IMG/VR virus record: IMGVR_UViG_3300044837_000070
Coordinates: 1 to 42,905 of that record
DNA from: a virus
Strand: one strand, 5' to 3'
Length of the DNA stretch: 42,905 nt
Program-made: the position numbers and the translations under genes
In this document: positions 12,068-21,735 of the stretch, piece by piece
How positions within the stretch are numbered: position 1 is the first letter of the stretch
How the letters are laid out: each line of letters begins with the position of its first letter
Notes under the pieces: generated by a model
What the model saw: only the letters and a program-made list of their open reading frames with translations
What the model was told of the DNA's origin: nothing
The model's database searches: none

Positions 12068-14287
12068 TCATTGGGATGCCGCCTGGTTTGCTGCGAGGTC
12101 TTCCAAGGTAGTACCGCCTCCTACGATTGAGGTATAGTTGGTAGATTTAAGGGCAAGTTGCTTCTGAATAGCATCGATCTTTGCTAGGGCGACATCTTTC
12201 GTATCTGATGTGGTAGGGAGAATCTTTTTGTACTTTTCCTCATCCTCTTTACGAAGCACACCGCCTTCGAGCGCTTTACCAACAATCTGACGAGTCTTGT
12301 CGATTAGAGCCTGAAGAGTTTGTTGGTCCGTGTCGTATGGGTTGAGAGAACGTAGTCGTCCTAGGATTGGGTCGGTTGTACCCTTTCCACTATCAATGAA
12401 GTCACGAAGGTTTCCAAGTTCACTGAGAGAACTTTGAAAGTCCGATATGTTACCTGCTGCTGTAGAGTTGAACTTCTGCCCTTCTGCCTTCTTGCCAAAA
12501 GTATCATATAGTTTTAACAACGTGGCGATATTCTTTCCTCCGTTTTTCTGTAAGTCCTGAATAATCAAATTCTGGACATTGCCTTTAGAAAAAGCGTCAG
12601 ATGTTCCTTCTATGGGTGCCACAAACCCTCCGCCAGCCCAATCACTTAGCGCCTCGTCAGGGGTGGGTGTTGTATCCGAAGGTTGAGACCCGTCGTTAGA
12701 TACAGCACGTCCCACTCCCTGACGGGTGATAGTACCGAGTATCCCAGCCCCTTGCGCGGCATTAAGGAGTCCCGCTATCGGGGCTTTAGAGGGGCCAAAA
12801 GCATCCGCTACTTCTGGAGATACAACCGGCTGCCCTTTCTGTGCGGGCGCTTTAGGGAGTTCAAGTCGTTTCAGTACACTTCCGAGCTTTGACTTTGCAG
12901 ACTCAGCCGGTTCGCCAGACAGGACACGACTGATGATACCACTGCCACCTTGTCCCTGGCTCATATCTGCTATAGCCTTAGAGCCGCCCTTCAGGAAACC
13001 TGAAGCCGTAGACAGGTTATGATATGAGTCGTTCAGAGCTTGTAAGTCTGGTGCTCGCTCGTTCACGGCGTTCTTCAGGGTATCACGGAAGACTGTACTA
13101 GCTAACTGCCTGTCACCAGTTGCGGCATCGGTGCTAGCCCTATAATTAATCGCATTCTTATCTAGTCCTCGTTTGAAATCTACAACGCCTTTTAGGTCAC
13201 CGCTTTTACTATTTAAGAAGGTCGTGACTTCTTGTTTTCCATGTCTGATGGCTCCTTGCGTGACTCCTGGTGTATGTTCGAGAGCATCCATGAACTGTGT
13301 AGCTATCTGGTGTCTTTCAGTCTCAGTCAGGGAAGTATTGCTGCTTTTAATGGCCGTATCAATGTCTTTTCCGTACTGTTGCAGTTTATCCTCGACTTGC
13401 TTGAGACGAGCTGTCGGTGAGCCTCCCCTTATTCCTTCAGCCGAGAGACTGTCCCCGATGGCCTTACTATCGTAGAACCCTAGTTGTTTTCCAGCGTTTT
13501 CCTCGCCTACTCCGAAGCCCCCAGCCCTTGCTTCCATAGCAGTACCGACATCGGCGATCTTTGATCTCACAGAGGGTTTAACCGTACCATCAGGGGTTTT
13601 CCTACTCAGTACGCCACCAGCTTTCCCAGTAATCTTGCTACCTACATTTAGCGCACCCCCAAGTCCACCACCCACGAGGCCACCGACGAGAGCACTGGTC
13701 AGAGCGTTGTCTACGACCTCGCCGCCGGTAACATCTTTCCCCTTCTCTTGTATAGGCCTGAGCGCTCCGTAAGCTCCACTGTATACTGCGCCCTCTCCTA
13801 CGCCGCGCTTAATGGCATCTTTTATTGTCGCCTTACCGATAGCTGCTTTAAGTCCAGTCTGCACTGCGCCTTTGACTAAACCAGCGGCCCCTAGTGTCCC
13901 GACAGTCAACGCCGTGTCGGTAGCGTCAGCGGCGGCTTTAAGAGGGTCAATTTCTTGTAGGGGCTTTGCCTGTTTATCTGCTTCTTTGTTAACTACCCTT
14001 AAACCACTATTTAGTTCATTTATCTTCCTAGCTGCCTCTTCTTGGCCAATCCGGCCAGCATCTCTATCTTCGGTGAGCTTCTTCTGTGCCTGAAGAGTGG
14101 CGGTGACCGCCTTCTGTCGAGCATCGTTAGCACCGAAGGAAGAACCAGCTGATATGATATTCTGTCCAGTCCTAGCAATTCCGCCTACGGCTCCTCCCAG
14201 AGCGTTTTTAATGAAGTCTAAAGGCCCTCCACTGGTTTGTTGTGGTACTGGAGCGGTCGGTGTTTGGTAGCCATCCCAAAAAGCCAT
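12068..14287 (-). CDS. Large Gly/Ala-rich virion protein (739 aa), internal/ejection or tape-measure-like
   Basis: Last and largest gene of the virion block, with ATGA-type overlap to the upstream gene. The CDS is secure; the function is inferred from size, composition and position only. Confidence 0.5.
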   Translation of the reverse strand: MAFWDGYQTPTAPVPQQTSGGPLDFIKNALGGAVGGIARTGQNIISAGSSFGANDARQKAVTATLQAQKKLTEDRDAGRIGQEEAARKINELNSGLRVVNKEADKQAKPLQEIDPLKAAADATDTALTVGTLGAAGLVKGAVQTGLKAAIGKATIKDAIKRGVGEGAVYSGAYGALRPIQEKGKDVTGGEVVDNALTSALVGGLVGGGLGGALNVGSKITGKAGGVLSRKTPDGTVKPSVRSKIADVGTAMEARAGGFGVGEENAGKQLGFYDSKAIGDSLSAEGIRGGSPTARLKQVEDKLQQYGKDIDTAIKSSNTSLTETERHQIATQFMDALEHTPGVTQGAIRHGKQEVTTFLNSKSGDLKGVVDFKRGLDKNAINYRASTDAATGDRQLASTVFRDTLKNAVNERAPDLQALNDSYHNLSTASGFLKGGSKAIADMSQGQGGSGIISRVLSGEPAESAKSKLGSVLKRLELPKAPAQKGQPVVSPEVADAFGPSKAPIAGLLNAAQGAGILGTITRQGVGRAVSNDGSQPSDTTPTPDEALSDWAGGGFVAPIEGTSDAFSKGNVQNLIIQDLQKNGGKNIATLLKLYDTFGKKAEGQKFNSTAAGNISDFQSSLSELGNLRDFIDSGKGTTDPILGRLRSLNPYDTDQQTLQALIDKTRQIVGKALEGGVLRKEDEEKYKKILPTTSDTKDVALAKIDAIQKQLALKSTNYTSIVGGGTTLEDLAANQAASQ

Positions 14288-15057
14288 TACACGCCTCCAA
14301 AGATATATGAGTACTTATCTTGAAGTTGAGCAGGAGTGAATTTACCCGATATAAGGTCGTTATACGCTTGCTGGCTGTTTTTATCCTGTTTCAAGAAGTT
14401 GGCAACGTCCTGAATACCACCACCTTTTCCCGAGAAATACTGGGCAGCTGTGATAGGCTTACCTTGTAGTGTAAACTGTGTACCACCGTTCTGATCCGTT
14501 GAAGTGGCGTATTGATCGCTACCTCCTCCAAGTAATGAAGATAGGTCATAACCGCCTGAGCCTTTTGCAGCCTGCGCCGCTTGAATATCGAACTGACGCT
14601 TTTGTTCAGCTTGGGTAGTTGCATCTTGCTCCCTCTGATAGAGATTATTGTAGACATTCTGGAGGTAACTGAGTTTGTCTTGTTGTCCCTGATATTGCCC
14701 AGCGGCGGCTTGGGAAGCCTGGTCTTGTAGTCGGGAAAGACTTTGGTTGGCCTCGTTATATTGACCACCTTGATCTGTGAGGGTGGCAGAGATAGGAGCT
14801 TGTTCATTGGCAATTTGCCTTTGGGCCTGACCTGCATTCACCAGTGAACTAGCGGTGCGACCCATAATTGAAGGAGCTACTTGTTGGAGTAGCTTGGTGG
14901 TGTTGTTTATTGCCCCTCTAAGTCCTGTAACGGTGTTCTGGGCATCATTAACACCTAGCTGCTGGCGCTGTTGAGAAAGGTAGGCATTCGGATCTTGAGC
15001 CTGACTCTGAGCCTGTTGTACGGCGGTCAAGGCTTCGGCTGAGTTTGCTGGATTCAT
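14287..15057 (-). CDS. Gln-rich virion protein (256 aa)
   Basis: Long ORF behind the promoter/hairpin module. Low-complexity Q/A/N-rich composition. Confidence 0.7.
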   Translation of the reverse strand: MNPANSAEALTAVQQAQSQAQDPNAYLSQQRQQLGVNDAQNTVTGLRGAINNTTKLLQQVAPSIMGRTASSLVNAGQAQRQIANEQAPISATLTDQGGQYNEANQSLSRLQDQASQAAAGQYQGQQDKLSYLQNVYNNLYQREQDATTQAEQKRQFDIQAAQAAKGSGGYDLSSLLGGGSDQYATSTDQNGGTQFTLQGKPITAAQYFSGKGGGIQDVANFLKQDKNSQQAYNDLISGKFTPAQLQDKYSYIFGGV

Positions 15058-15071
15058 TTAGTCGTCCTCAT

Positions 15072-15137
15072 AAAATAAAAAGGCCCTATTAGGGCCGCCA
15101 TTAGCCTCAGTATAATGCCCCGCTAAAGAATTATCAA
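15072..15137 (-). promoter_or_regulatory. Promoter (TTGATA-17-TATACT, 15109-15137), GCTAATGGC box, GC hairpin (15082-15096) and U-tract
   Basis: The -35 overlaps the end of the upstream gene. The hairpin GGCCC-TAATA-GGGCC starts 12 nt after the -10, then TTTTTATTTTA. The layout is nearly identical to the capsid-gene module. Confidence 0.6.
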
Positions 15138-15140
15138 TAG

Positions 15141-15572
15141 TTATGCGTAAGGTGGAATGAAAGTGTTTACATAGAAGGTGAAAGTTTCGTTACCCGCTTC
15201 GGTCGTAAGAGGATCGGCATTAGGATTCTGAATGTAGACCTGGCAGCGAAGAGTGGTAGGCCCTACTCGGTAGGTGAAGGCGACTACGCTGTAGATTGCG
15301 GGCATTCCCAAAACCGTTCCGGTCCTATCAAGTGATAGAGTCCTCGTACTATATACAATATTGGACTGTTTAGAGCTGGATATCTGAAGTCTTGTGATTG
15401 ATCCCTGTACTCCCACTTCGAGATCAGTGTGATACTCTAAATACCCACCTAGTGGCCCGACAGCTGCAGGAACCACTTGCGCTCCAGGAGCAGTAACAGA
15501 GGTAGAATCAGCGTCGTCGTTTTTCAACGTCGCATAGTCTGTAGTAAGTATAAATTGGCTAGGTTTCACCAT
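15141..15572 (-). CDS. Virion-block hypothetical protein (143 aa)
   Basis: Track ORF with its start codon overlapping the upstream stop. Confidence 0.75.
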   Translation of the reverse strand: MVKPSQFILTTDYATLKNDDADSTSVTAPGAQVVPAAVGPLGGYLEYHTDLEVGVQGSITRLQISSSKQSNIVYSTRTLSLDRTGTVLGMPAIYSVVAFTYRVGPTTLRCQVYIQNPNADPLTTEAGNETFTFYVNTFIPPYA

Positions 15573-16279
15573 TATGCATTCTCGTCTATATATATTCTCG
15601 TATCAATCCTTGTGACCGTTGACAAGGCATCTAGCTGGTAGTCGACGGTATTCACAGTTATAACCACCCCATAATCTACCGGGGTACCACCAGCGGATAT
15701 CTGTGTGTAATCTACAGGTAGCCGATTACCTAAAGAGTTAGATAGCCAGGGCATCACCTGCGGTCTGTAGTTCAGGTTGGTTAGTATGGTCTGGGTACTT
15801 GGCTTAGAAGGGCTCGTTATAACCTCTTCGACATATAGTTTGGTATAGTTGAAGTCCGTATTCAAGACGAAAGAATCACCAGCCGAAGCGGTGAAAGGTA
15901 AGTCTGCCTGAGAGTCTGAAGGTTCTAGCCCGAATATCCTATAGTAAATGACTGCAGGTGATCCTGATACGTTTACAGGGCTAACATACACATTAGTAGC
16001 GTCCGCGTAGATGTCCATTTTTATATTGAATAATTGAGCACCAGCATTGTTAGAAGGAAACGTTCCAGATCCGTACTCGTAAGATACAGAGAAGTTACTC
16101 GTTAAAGCCCAGTTACCGCTCACTAAAGGGGTAAAGGGAAGGTGATGGGGAATAGTGACTAGGAAACCTGCCGTTGGGAAGGGGACTGTGGCCGATCCAC
16201 TATTAAGATAAACGACCTTATCCAAAGGATAATCAGTCGTAAGAAGAAAATTCTTTGCTCTCTGTACGTCGGCTGGCAT
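15572..16279 (-). CDS. Virion-block hypothetical protein (235 aa)
   Basis: Track ORF with overlapping stop/start on both sides. Confidence 0.75.
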   Translation of the reverse strand: MPADVQRAKNFLLTTDYPLDKVVYLNSGSATVPFPTAGFLVTIPHHLPFTPLVSGNWALTSNFSVSYEYGSGTFPSNNAGAQLFNIKMDIYADATNVYVSPVNVSGSPAVIYYRIFGLEPSDSQADLPFTASAGDSFVLNTDFNYTKLYVEEVITSPSKPSTQTILTNLNYRPQVMPWLSNSLGNRLPVDYTQISAGGTPVDYGVVITVNTVDYQLDALSTVTRIDTRIYIDENA

Positions 16280-16701
16280 TAGCTTAGAAGCTCCGTGACA
16301 TCAAACCCAGGCTTGGCTACCCAGATACCAGGACGCCCATCATCAGGAGCGAAGCCTATAAGGGTACTGTTAACGTAGTCATCACTCTGATTATAGAGGT
16401 AAGTCGTACCGTTGACTAACTTATAAATCAAACTATCAGATGAATCTGTCTGAAAGAACCCGTTTTCATTAGAAACATCAGGAATGTTCCCAATGCCACT
16501 TATACCAATAGACGAAGTGATTGAGATGGTGTTATTGGCCCCATCAATGTTGATTCCGCCCTGACCAACCATTAAACTTCCTCTGGTGAATCCGGTAGAG
16601 TTTTGCCTAGCTAATACCCGACCTAGGTTAGAGCCTCTGATCTCGGGCCTTGAAACAGGGGCAGAGTCAGACACTTTTGAGTAATCAATATTCTTAGCCA
16701 T
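16279..16701 (-). CDS. Virion-block hypothetical protein (140 aa)
   Basis: Track ORF with an 8-nt overlap to the upstream gene. Confidence 0.75.
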   Translation of the reverse strand: MAKNIDYSKVSDSAPVSRPEIRGSNLGRVLARQNSTGFTRGSLMVGQGGINIDGANNTISITSSIGISGIGNIPDVSNENGFFQTDSSDSLIYKLVNGTTYLYNQSDDYVNSTLIGFAPDDGRPGIWVAKPGFDVTELLS

Positions 16702-18724
16702 TTGAAAGTGCCTCGTCGATTAAATCATCGTAGATCAACGTAATACTTGTAACCGTCGGGGTCTCATAGATTCCTTCCTCCGAGTAAACGTCAATCCCTA
16801 CCTGGATTTCGTTAAACCTTGCCTGTTGAGACTCTTGCCCGATTGAGAAGCTGGCGTAAGTGGCAGGATTGCCCTCAAACCAGGGATCAGAATTAGAGAA
16901 GTAAGGGGAGTATTGCCAGTCACCTCTATCAATTGAGTACTTTAACCTAATCTGTACTCCATCTGGAAGGGGAAGCCACGTCGCATTCATATAGTCGGCT
17001 TCCTTTAGTTTCCCGACATACCCGTTATCAAAGATTAAGGACTCCCATGTCGCGTAGAGAGGAAGAGGCGAAGTAGAGTTAACCACATCTATCCCATAAT
17101 CCCCTGTTGGGTTGGAATCGTCCCTCCATGAGATATGTAAAGTATCCCCGAAGCTTTTCACCATTCCAATTGTGAGGTTATTTGCACCTGAGTACCGTGT
17201 AGAACCTGTCGAAAGAACATAACTATACCCAAAGGAATTAGGCAGAGTAGTATCTGTCTGCCCCCAGGAGTAAACCCCATAAGGGATATTCTCATTCTTA
17301 GTGATAGAAGGCCACGCCATTAACTGAATACCGTTCCTCGTAGTAGCAGCGTAGGGATAAACAACGGTCTGATTATTGTTATTGTTATAACCGTTCTCCC
17401 CGAAGGGTAGTGTTCTAATCTTCTGTGGTTGAGAGTCAGTTGAAGCTAAGGCATACCACGCTCCGCCCGCGTTGTAATAAACGACATTCTTATATGAGTG
17501 GATAGCGTATGGTGAGCCTTCAGGAATGGGGATAAAGTAGTTATAGGCTCCAGTAGTAACGTTTTGTTGAGTAGATGCTTTCTGAATCCCATCCCATACG
17601 AATATAACTCCACCTTGAGGGTTTTGGGTAGGGTCGTCTGAGACTACTTCACAGGCAATGTAAAGATACTCATTGTTGTGGGTTATCCCGCAGACCTCGT
17701 ATTCAGGCGGAAATTGTAAGTAGTGTCTTTGCCACTCCGCGTTGGAAGGGTCGGGATCACCTAGAGGTTCCCAAACACTTAGGTAACGCCCATTCCCGAT
17801 AACGACAAACTGTTGAATCTGATCCATCGGATGCATCCCGTTAGTAGTGTTAATAAGCCTATCGGCCCATAAGTTCATGTCAGCGGTAGAAAGGTCATTA
17901 GCAATTGTAGAATAGACAGTCCCATCACCCACCGTGGAGGTAAGATGGAAATGGTAGGTTTGAGCTGCTGGGGCGACGTTAACCCTCACTTGGGAAGAAA
18001 ATACGAAGTAGTTCCAGTCGTTATTAACAAGATTTGCATTAGTTACGGTCGAAGTGGCGAGTAAGCTTCCCAGTCCGTCGTGGACGGTGAGGGTCCAGTC
18101 CCCGGTGCCCTTAGAGACGACCCTCACCCCTATCTTATTGATAGGCTCGATGTCCGTTTGGAAGTAACGAGAGTCGCTCATTGCTCCTTCAACGTAACTA
18201 GTCTTGATCAAGGTGGTCTTCGTCCCACCAGATTGGTCTGAGTTAACGTTGAGACCTGGAGTGTTGGAGTTGTTATTATAGGTGGATTTAGAAATCCCAT
18301 AATAGTCTGCATTTAGGGCTGGAACTGTATCAACGGTGGTGATAGATGAGACAGAAGTATCACTGGCTAGGTAAACTGAGGACTGATCTTTACGGTATAA
18401 CATCCCAAAGGCACCACTGCCGACATTCCCAGTTGAGCCAATATTACCGAAGTTTCCCCACATTCCATCTGTATCTCTGTAATATACATAACCTTTATCA
18501 CCTAGCCCGTATATCTTCCCAGAGTTGGTCATCACCTCGTTTTGGACAAGATCCACGACGGCGTTGTTATCTTCCTTAGTTGGACGTCCCAGAAGAGTGA
18601 ATTGGGAGGGTGAAGACCTGAAGTCAATAGACTGAGATTTAGAGAAAGAGTACTTAATACCTATCTTTTTATCAGTCGCTTCCCCACCCGCGAACACCTC
18701 ATTGATAAAGGGTTTTTTAGTCAT
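16694..18724 (-). CDS. Large tail/baseplate-type structural protein (676 aa)
   Basis: Second-largest virion ORF, following a 304-aa gene. The order resembles the tubular A/B pair of podoviruses. Function is positional inference. Confidence 0.5.
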   Translation of the reverse strand: MTKKPFINEVFAGGEATDKKIGIKYSFSKSQSIDFRSSPSQFTLLGRPTKEDNNAVVDLVQNEVMTNSGKIYGLGDKGYVYYRDTDGMWGNFGNIGSTGNVGSGAFGMLYRKDQSSVYLASDTSVSSITTVDTVPALNADYYGISKSTYNNNSNTPGLNVNSDQSGGTKTTLIKTSYVEGAMSDSRYFQTDIEPINKIGVRVVSKGTGDWTLTVHDGLGSLLATSTVTNANLVNNDWNYFVFSSQVRVNVAPAAQTYHFHLTSTVGDGTVYSTIANDLSTADMNLWADRLINTTNGMHPMDQIQQFVVIGNGRYLSVWEPLGDPDPSNAEWQRHYLQFPPEYEVCGITHNNEYLYIACEVVSDDPTQNPQGGVIFVWDGIQKASTQQNVTTGAYNYFIPIPEGSPYAIHSYKNVVYYNAGGAWYALASTDSQPQKIRTLPFGENGYNNNNNQTVVYPYAATTRNGIQLMAWPSITKNENIPYGVYSWGQTDTTLPNSFGYSYVLSTGSTRYSGANNLTIGMVKSFGDTLHISWRDDSNPTGDYGIDVVNSTSPLPLYATWESLIFDNGYVGKLKEADYMNATWLPLPDGVQIRLKYSIDRGDWQYSPYFSNSDPWFEGNPATYASFSIGQESQQARFNEIQVGIDVYSEEGIYETPTVTSITLIYDDLIDEALSNG

Positions 18725-18726
18725 GG

Positions 18727-19641
18727 TTAACCTATGCTTGGGTTAGGGGGATACATCCAAACGTTTCCTATACGAGAATCATCAGTGAATACCGAGCCCG
18801 TTTGAGAGCTGGCGTAATCTTGGTCACAGTCCTCTTGAAGTTTTTCAAACAATCCTCTGTAGTAAGTGGCTCGTGGCTCATTTCCCTTAGATGAGAAATA
18901 GTTCCCCAGCGCGTAGTACATAGGAGCATCAACATACTCTTGAGGAATAATAGATATTTGGCCTACCCTCCAATTCTGCCCACTACCCGTGTAGCCAACA
19001 AAAGCCGACTTTAAGATAAGTGTTGAAGGAGTTGGTACATCCACAATCTCATAGAAAGTGAGATCGGTAACACCTGTGATTTGAAACCAAAGCCCTCTCA
19101 TATTCTGGTTAAATATCCCAGTAGTAGCTGTGACGAGGGTATTCCCGTTCGTAACGGTCACTGTGGCGCTCGTAGAGGTGCTCGTAACGTCGTCTACCGA
19201 TAAATCAAAGTCCTGGGGCTGGTAATACAGTCTAAAGCCGTTAGTAACGTCCTGAGAAGGAATTGGCCATACTTGAAACTTATCATTGCCTAGAGACATG
19301 TACCACGAAGGCCAGTTGTTAGAGGTTCTATAAGAAACAATCTCACGCCAGCGGTGTTCGCTGCTGACCTCATCGAGAGGCCACGAATACGAAGTAGCCG
19401 TTGTCCCCCCTACTAATGAGGTTAGCCCTGTAATCCTTAAACAGTCTACAGGTGTTTGATAGATTGACTGGTTAACCTTAATATCAGTGAATTGTTGTTT
19501 GCGCGTATAATAACGGGCTAGTCGAGCGTTAAAGAGGTGATAACCAGTATTGTAGTCCTGTTGCAGTTGTTCAAGAGTACCAGGAGAGTTGTCTCTGGCT
19601 ATTCTTTGGGTTGAGTTCTGTACGTCCGTCCAGGTCTTCAT
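18727..19641 (-). CDS. Tail-associated structural protein (304 aa)
   Basis: Track ORF, TAATG-coupled to the fibre gene upstream. Confidence 0.55.
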   Translation of the reverse strand: MKTWTDVQNSTQRIARDNSPGTLEQLQQDYNTGYHLFNARLARYYTRKQQFTDIKVNQSIYQTPVDCLRITGLTSLVGGTTATSYSWPLDEVSSEHRWREIVSYRTSNNWPSWYMSLGNDKFQVWPIPSQDVTNGFRLYYQPQDFDLSVDDVTSTSTSATVTVTNGNTLVTATTGIFNQNMRGLWFQITGVTDLTFYEIVDVPTPSTLILKSAFVGYTGSGQNWRVGQISIIPQEYVDAPMYYALGNYFSSKGNEPRATYYRGLFEKLQEDCDQDYASSQTGSVFTDDSRIGNVWMYPPNPSIG

Positions 19642-20627
19642 TAGACACCCTCATATGATCCGCTAATTTGTATGCTATCATTCGCAGCCCAGGTTGCCGG
19701 GGTTGTAGAAGTGACCCCACCATCCGATACGTAAGTACCACTCGCCAAAAGTGAGATGAGCGCAGCAGTAGTTGTAGAGTTTTGACGAACATATCCGAAG
19801 AAACCACCACCAGCGGCCACCATTCGCATCTGTCCTATCGGAGTTCCACCCGTATAGTTGGCAGTTGTTGTGACCGGTAAGGTAAAGGTCGGCGAAGAAC
19901 CTACAGACTGTCCACTGCTACCTAGAGTCGAAGTTAAGACGAAGAATACCGTCTTACCGATCTGAATGTAGTGGGCGCTCGTTCCCGCGCTTCCGCCAGT
20001 TCCAATGCTCCAGTTGGTGAAGGTTGGCACCCAAGACTGCCAGACCCAGCTACTGCCTGTACCGCTTTGTAACTTAGCAGGGGTGACTGCTGAGTCTGTT
20101 ATATTAGATGTTACTACCGAGTTAACCGTATTGAGCTTAGCATCCTTAATATTTAGACCGTCAATGGTCACTCCGTTAGCAGCGGTGAACTCACTAATAC
20201 TATCCACTGATATGGTGCTGTTGCTGATTGACCCACCCGTGATAGCCGGTGAGGTTAGAGTCTTATTGGTGAAAGTCTGGGCAGTCGATATATCCGCCAA
20301 AGTACTGGAGGCGTTTGGAAGAGTATAAGTCCTCGTGGTCGAAACAGATATACCCGAGAGCTGGAACTGCGCCATCTTAGTGGGGTCACTGTTATCTTGA
20401 AGTGTAAATAGATTATCGAGCAAGCTAACGGTGTTGGATACACCAATAGTCTTGTTACCGATAGATTGGACATCAGAAGTCCCTACGGGGTTTCCCGTAA
20501 TTCCCAAGAAGACGTTTCGGTTAATCTGTTGCGTATCATCGAGCGCGTCATCAACAATTGGAAAAGTATCTGCTATCGGGTCGATGCTAACAGCTACAGG
20601 CAGGTCAGTGATTCTCACTTCATCCAT
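19641..20627 (-). CDS. Tail fibre/spike protein (328 aa)
   Basis: Contains [15 protein letters not shown], a motif shared with two other ORFs here and typical of phage fibre proteins. RBS GAAGGAGAATAAT. Confidence 0.65.
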   Translation of the reverse strand: MDEVRITDLPVAVSIDPIADTFPIVDDALDDTQQINRNVFLGITGNPVGTSDVQSIGNKTIGVSNTVSLLDNLFTLQDNSDPTKMAQFQLSGISVSTTRTYTLPNASSTLADISTAQTFTNKTLTSPAITGGSISNSTISVDSISEFTAANGVTIDGLNIKDAKLNTVNSVVTSNITDSAVTPAKLQSGTGSSWVWQSWVPTFTNWSIGTGGSAGTSAHYIQIGKTVFFVLTSTLGSSGQSVGSSPTFTLPVTTTANYTGGTPIGQMRMVAAGGGFFGYVRQNSTTTAALISLLASGTYVSDGGVTSTTPATWAANDSIQISGSYEGV

Positions 20628-20628
20628 A

Positions 20629-20820
20629 TTATTCTCCTTCGCTCTCTACCCAGTCGGTTGGGGCCAATTTTGTATACGCTGCTGGCTGTATCTGAAGCTG
20701 CAAGCCGTCTTGTGTTATTAAAATAAAATCATCCTGTGTTGTTATGACTGCATCATCAGATTGGAAGGCTTCACCATTCCCACTAGTAGGTCGCCATACT
20801 GTCGAATCTAAATCAGTCAT
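20629..20820 (-). CDS. Small virion-block ORF (63 aa)
   Basis: Fills the gap between two coupled genes. No motif recognised. Confidence 0.55.
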   Translation of the reverse strand: MTDLDSTVWRPTSGNGEAFQSDDAVITTQDDFILITQDGLQLQIQPAAYTKLAPTDWVESEGE

Positions 20821-20822
20821 AG

Positions 20823-21089
20823 TTAACTCGGCTGTTTGTTAGATTGCCAGTTCACAGTCACATCTGTCGTAGTTGAAAGGATAACCCGTAGACCTGTTTT
20901 AAGTCCCCAATACTCATACCCTCCCGGGGCTGTAGGGTTAGTGATGATTCCCACAACAGGAGTAGAACCAGCAGTATTGTCTACGACCGTGATAGTCCCC
21001 GTAAACCCCGCATTAACTGTAATTTTAGCTGAGTAGACTGGTCGGGGAACGACTGTTGTTGTACCGCTCGTGAGATGTGCATAAGGCAT
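20823..21089 (-). CDS. Small virion-block protein (88 aa)
   Basis: RBS TTAGGAGAAACAC before the ATG. Preceded by a hairpin/U-tract. Confidence 0.7.
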   Translation of the reverse strand: MPYAHLTSGTTTVVPRPVYSAKITVNAGFTGTITVVDNTAGSTPVVGIITNPTAPGGYEYWGLKTGLRVILSTTTDVTVNWQSNKQPS

Positions 21090-21100
21090 GTGTTTCTCCT

Positions 21101-21171
21101 AAATAAATAAAGGCTCCCTCTGGGGAAGCCTCTTATAGGTTAATTGTATACTAGGCCATAGAGAATGACAA
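21101..21171 (-). promoter_or_regulatory. Weaker instance of the promoter-hairpin-U-tract module
   Basis: TTGTCA (21166-21171) and TATACA (21145-21150), but with only a 15-nt spacer. Imperfect hairpin at 21111-21131, then TTTATTTATTT. Confidence 0.35.
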
Positions 21172-21177
21172 TACGGT

Positions 21178-21726
21178 TCATGTCCCAATTACAAATAGAA
21201 ATACTGGCTCAGTACCAGACCCTGCGCCTGCTGTCAGGGCAACTGTGAGCCCTGTAGCAGTGATTGACTGGACTTCTGGTGTGTAAACGGCAGCGGTACC
21301 AGCAGCTGTCCCAATGCCTGCACTAGCGTATTGAATTGTACTAAAGAACGAAGTTGGGAATGTGACCGTCTTCGGCGTACCTGTTGGCACAGCCCCACCT
21401 GTCATCCAAAGCATCTTTATGCCACCGAGGTCAATATATTTCATCGTCCCACCAGCCGTCCCAGCATTGGCCTGAGAAGATACCCCTGGGCTGAACTGGA
21501 AGGTATTAGAGCTGATGGATATTGTTTTGTTAGTCAGTGTGTCAGTGCTATCTCTACTCACAAGTGTTCCTGTGGCCGCCGGGAGCGTATAAGTATTGGA
21601 GCCTCCCGCACTCAAGGTAACATTTCCAGCTGTAATCGTTAAGGTACGGGGTGTCGTTCCTCCAGCTATGCTATAGCCATCCGCGTTGGGCGTTATATCG
21701 AGGTTTACTGCTGAATTTTTCGTCAT
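21178..21726 (-). CDS. Tail-fibre-like protein (182 aa)
   Basis: DTLTNKTISISSNTF motif. Gly/Thr/Ala-rich. RBS TAGGAGAATAAA. Confidence 0.6.
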   Translation of the reverse strand: MTKNSAVNLDITPNADGYSIAGGTTPRTLTITAGNVTLSAGGSNTYTLPAATGTLVSRDSTDTLTNKTISISSNTFQFSPGVSSQANAGTAGGTMKYIDLGGIKMLWMTGGAVPTGTPKTVTFPTSFFSTIQYASAGIGTAAGTAAVYTPEVQSITATGLTVALTAGAGSGTEPVFLFVIGT

Positions 21727-21735
21727 TTTATTCTC

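Noticed and set aside
12683-14093. Plus-strand ORFs inside the 739-aa gene (12683-12892, 12726-13022, 13173-13475, 13232-13420, 13812-14093)
   Set aside because: They are antisense shadows of a long, well-packed minus-strand gene, with no translation signals. The same reasoning applies to plus-strand ORFs inside other minus-strand genes: 1282-1575, 6931-7131, 7391-7761, 7986-8168, 18346-18579, 20005-20726, 20836-21036, 21331-22021, 22240-22751, 23011-24078, 25464-25649, 26024-26296, 27698-28164, 28721-29623, 29974-30627, 31580-31768, 32230-32487, 33227-33824, 35548-36019, 36765-37061, 38985-39179 and 40264-40671. The plus-strand ORFs in the 38529-38955 interval fall partly in ORF-poor sequence rather than inside a gene; they are rejected because they lack SD sequences and have non-protein-like composition.
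14391-14837. Same-strand alternative-frame ORFs embedded in larger genes (14391-14837, 7868-8107, 19571-19810, 20255-20473, 22945-23187, 23779-23988, 28005-28361, 30303-30512, 34786-34980)
   Set aside because: Each lies wholly or largely within a longer ORF that has better start signals and gene-to-gene coupling. There is no independent RBS or known overprinting signature.
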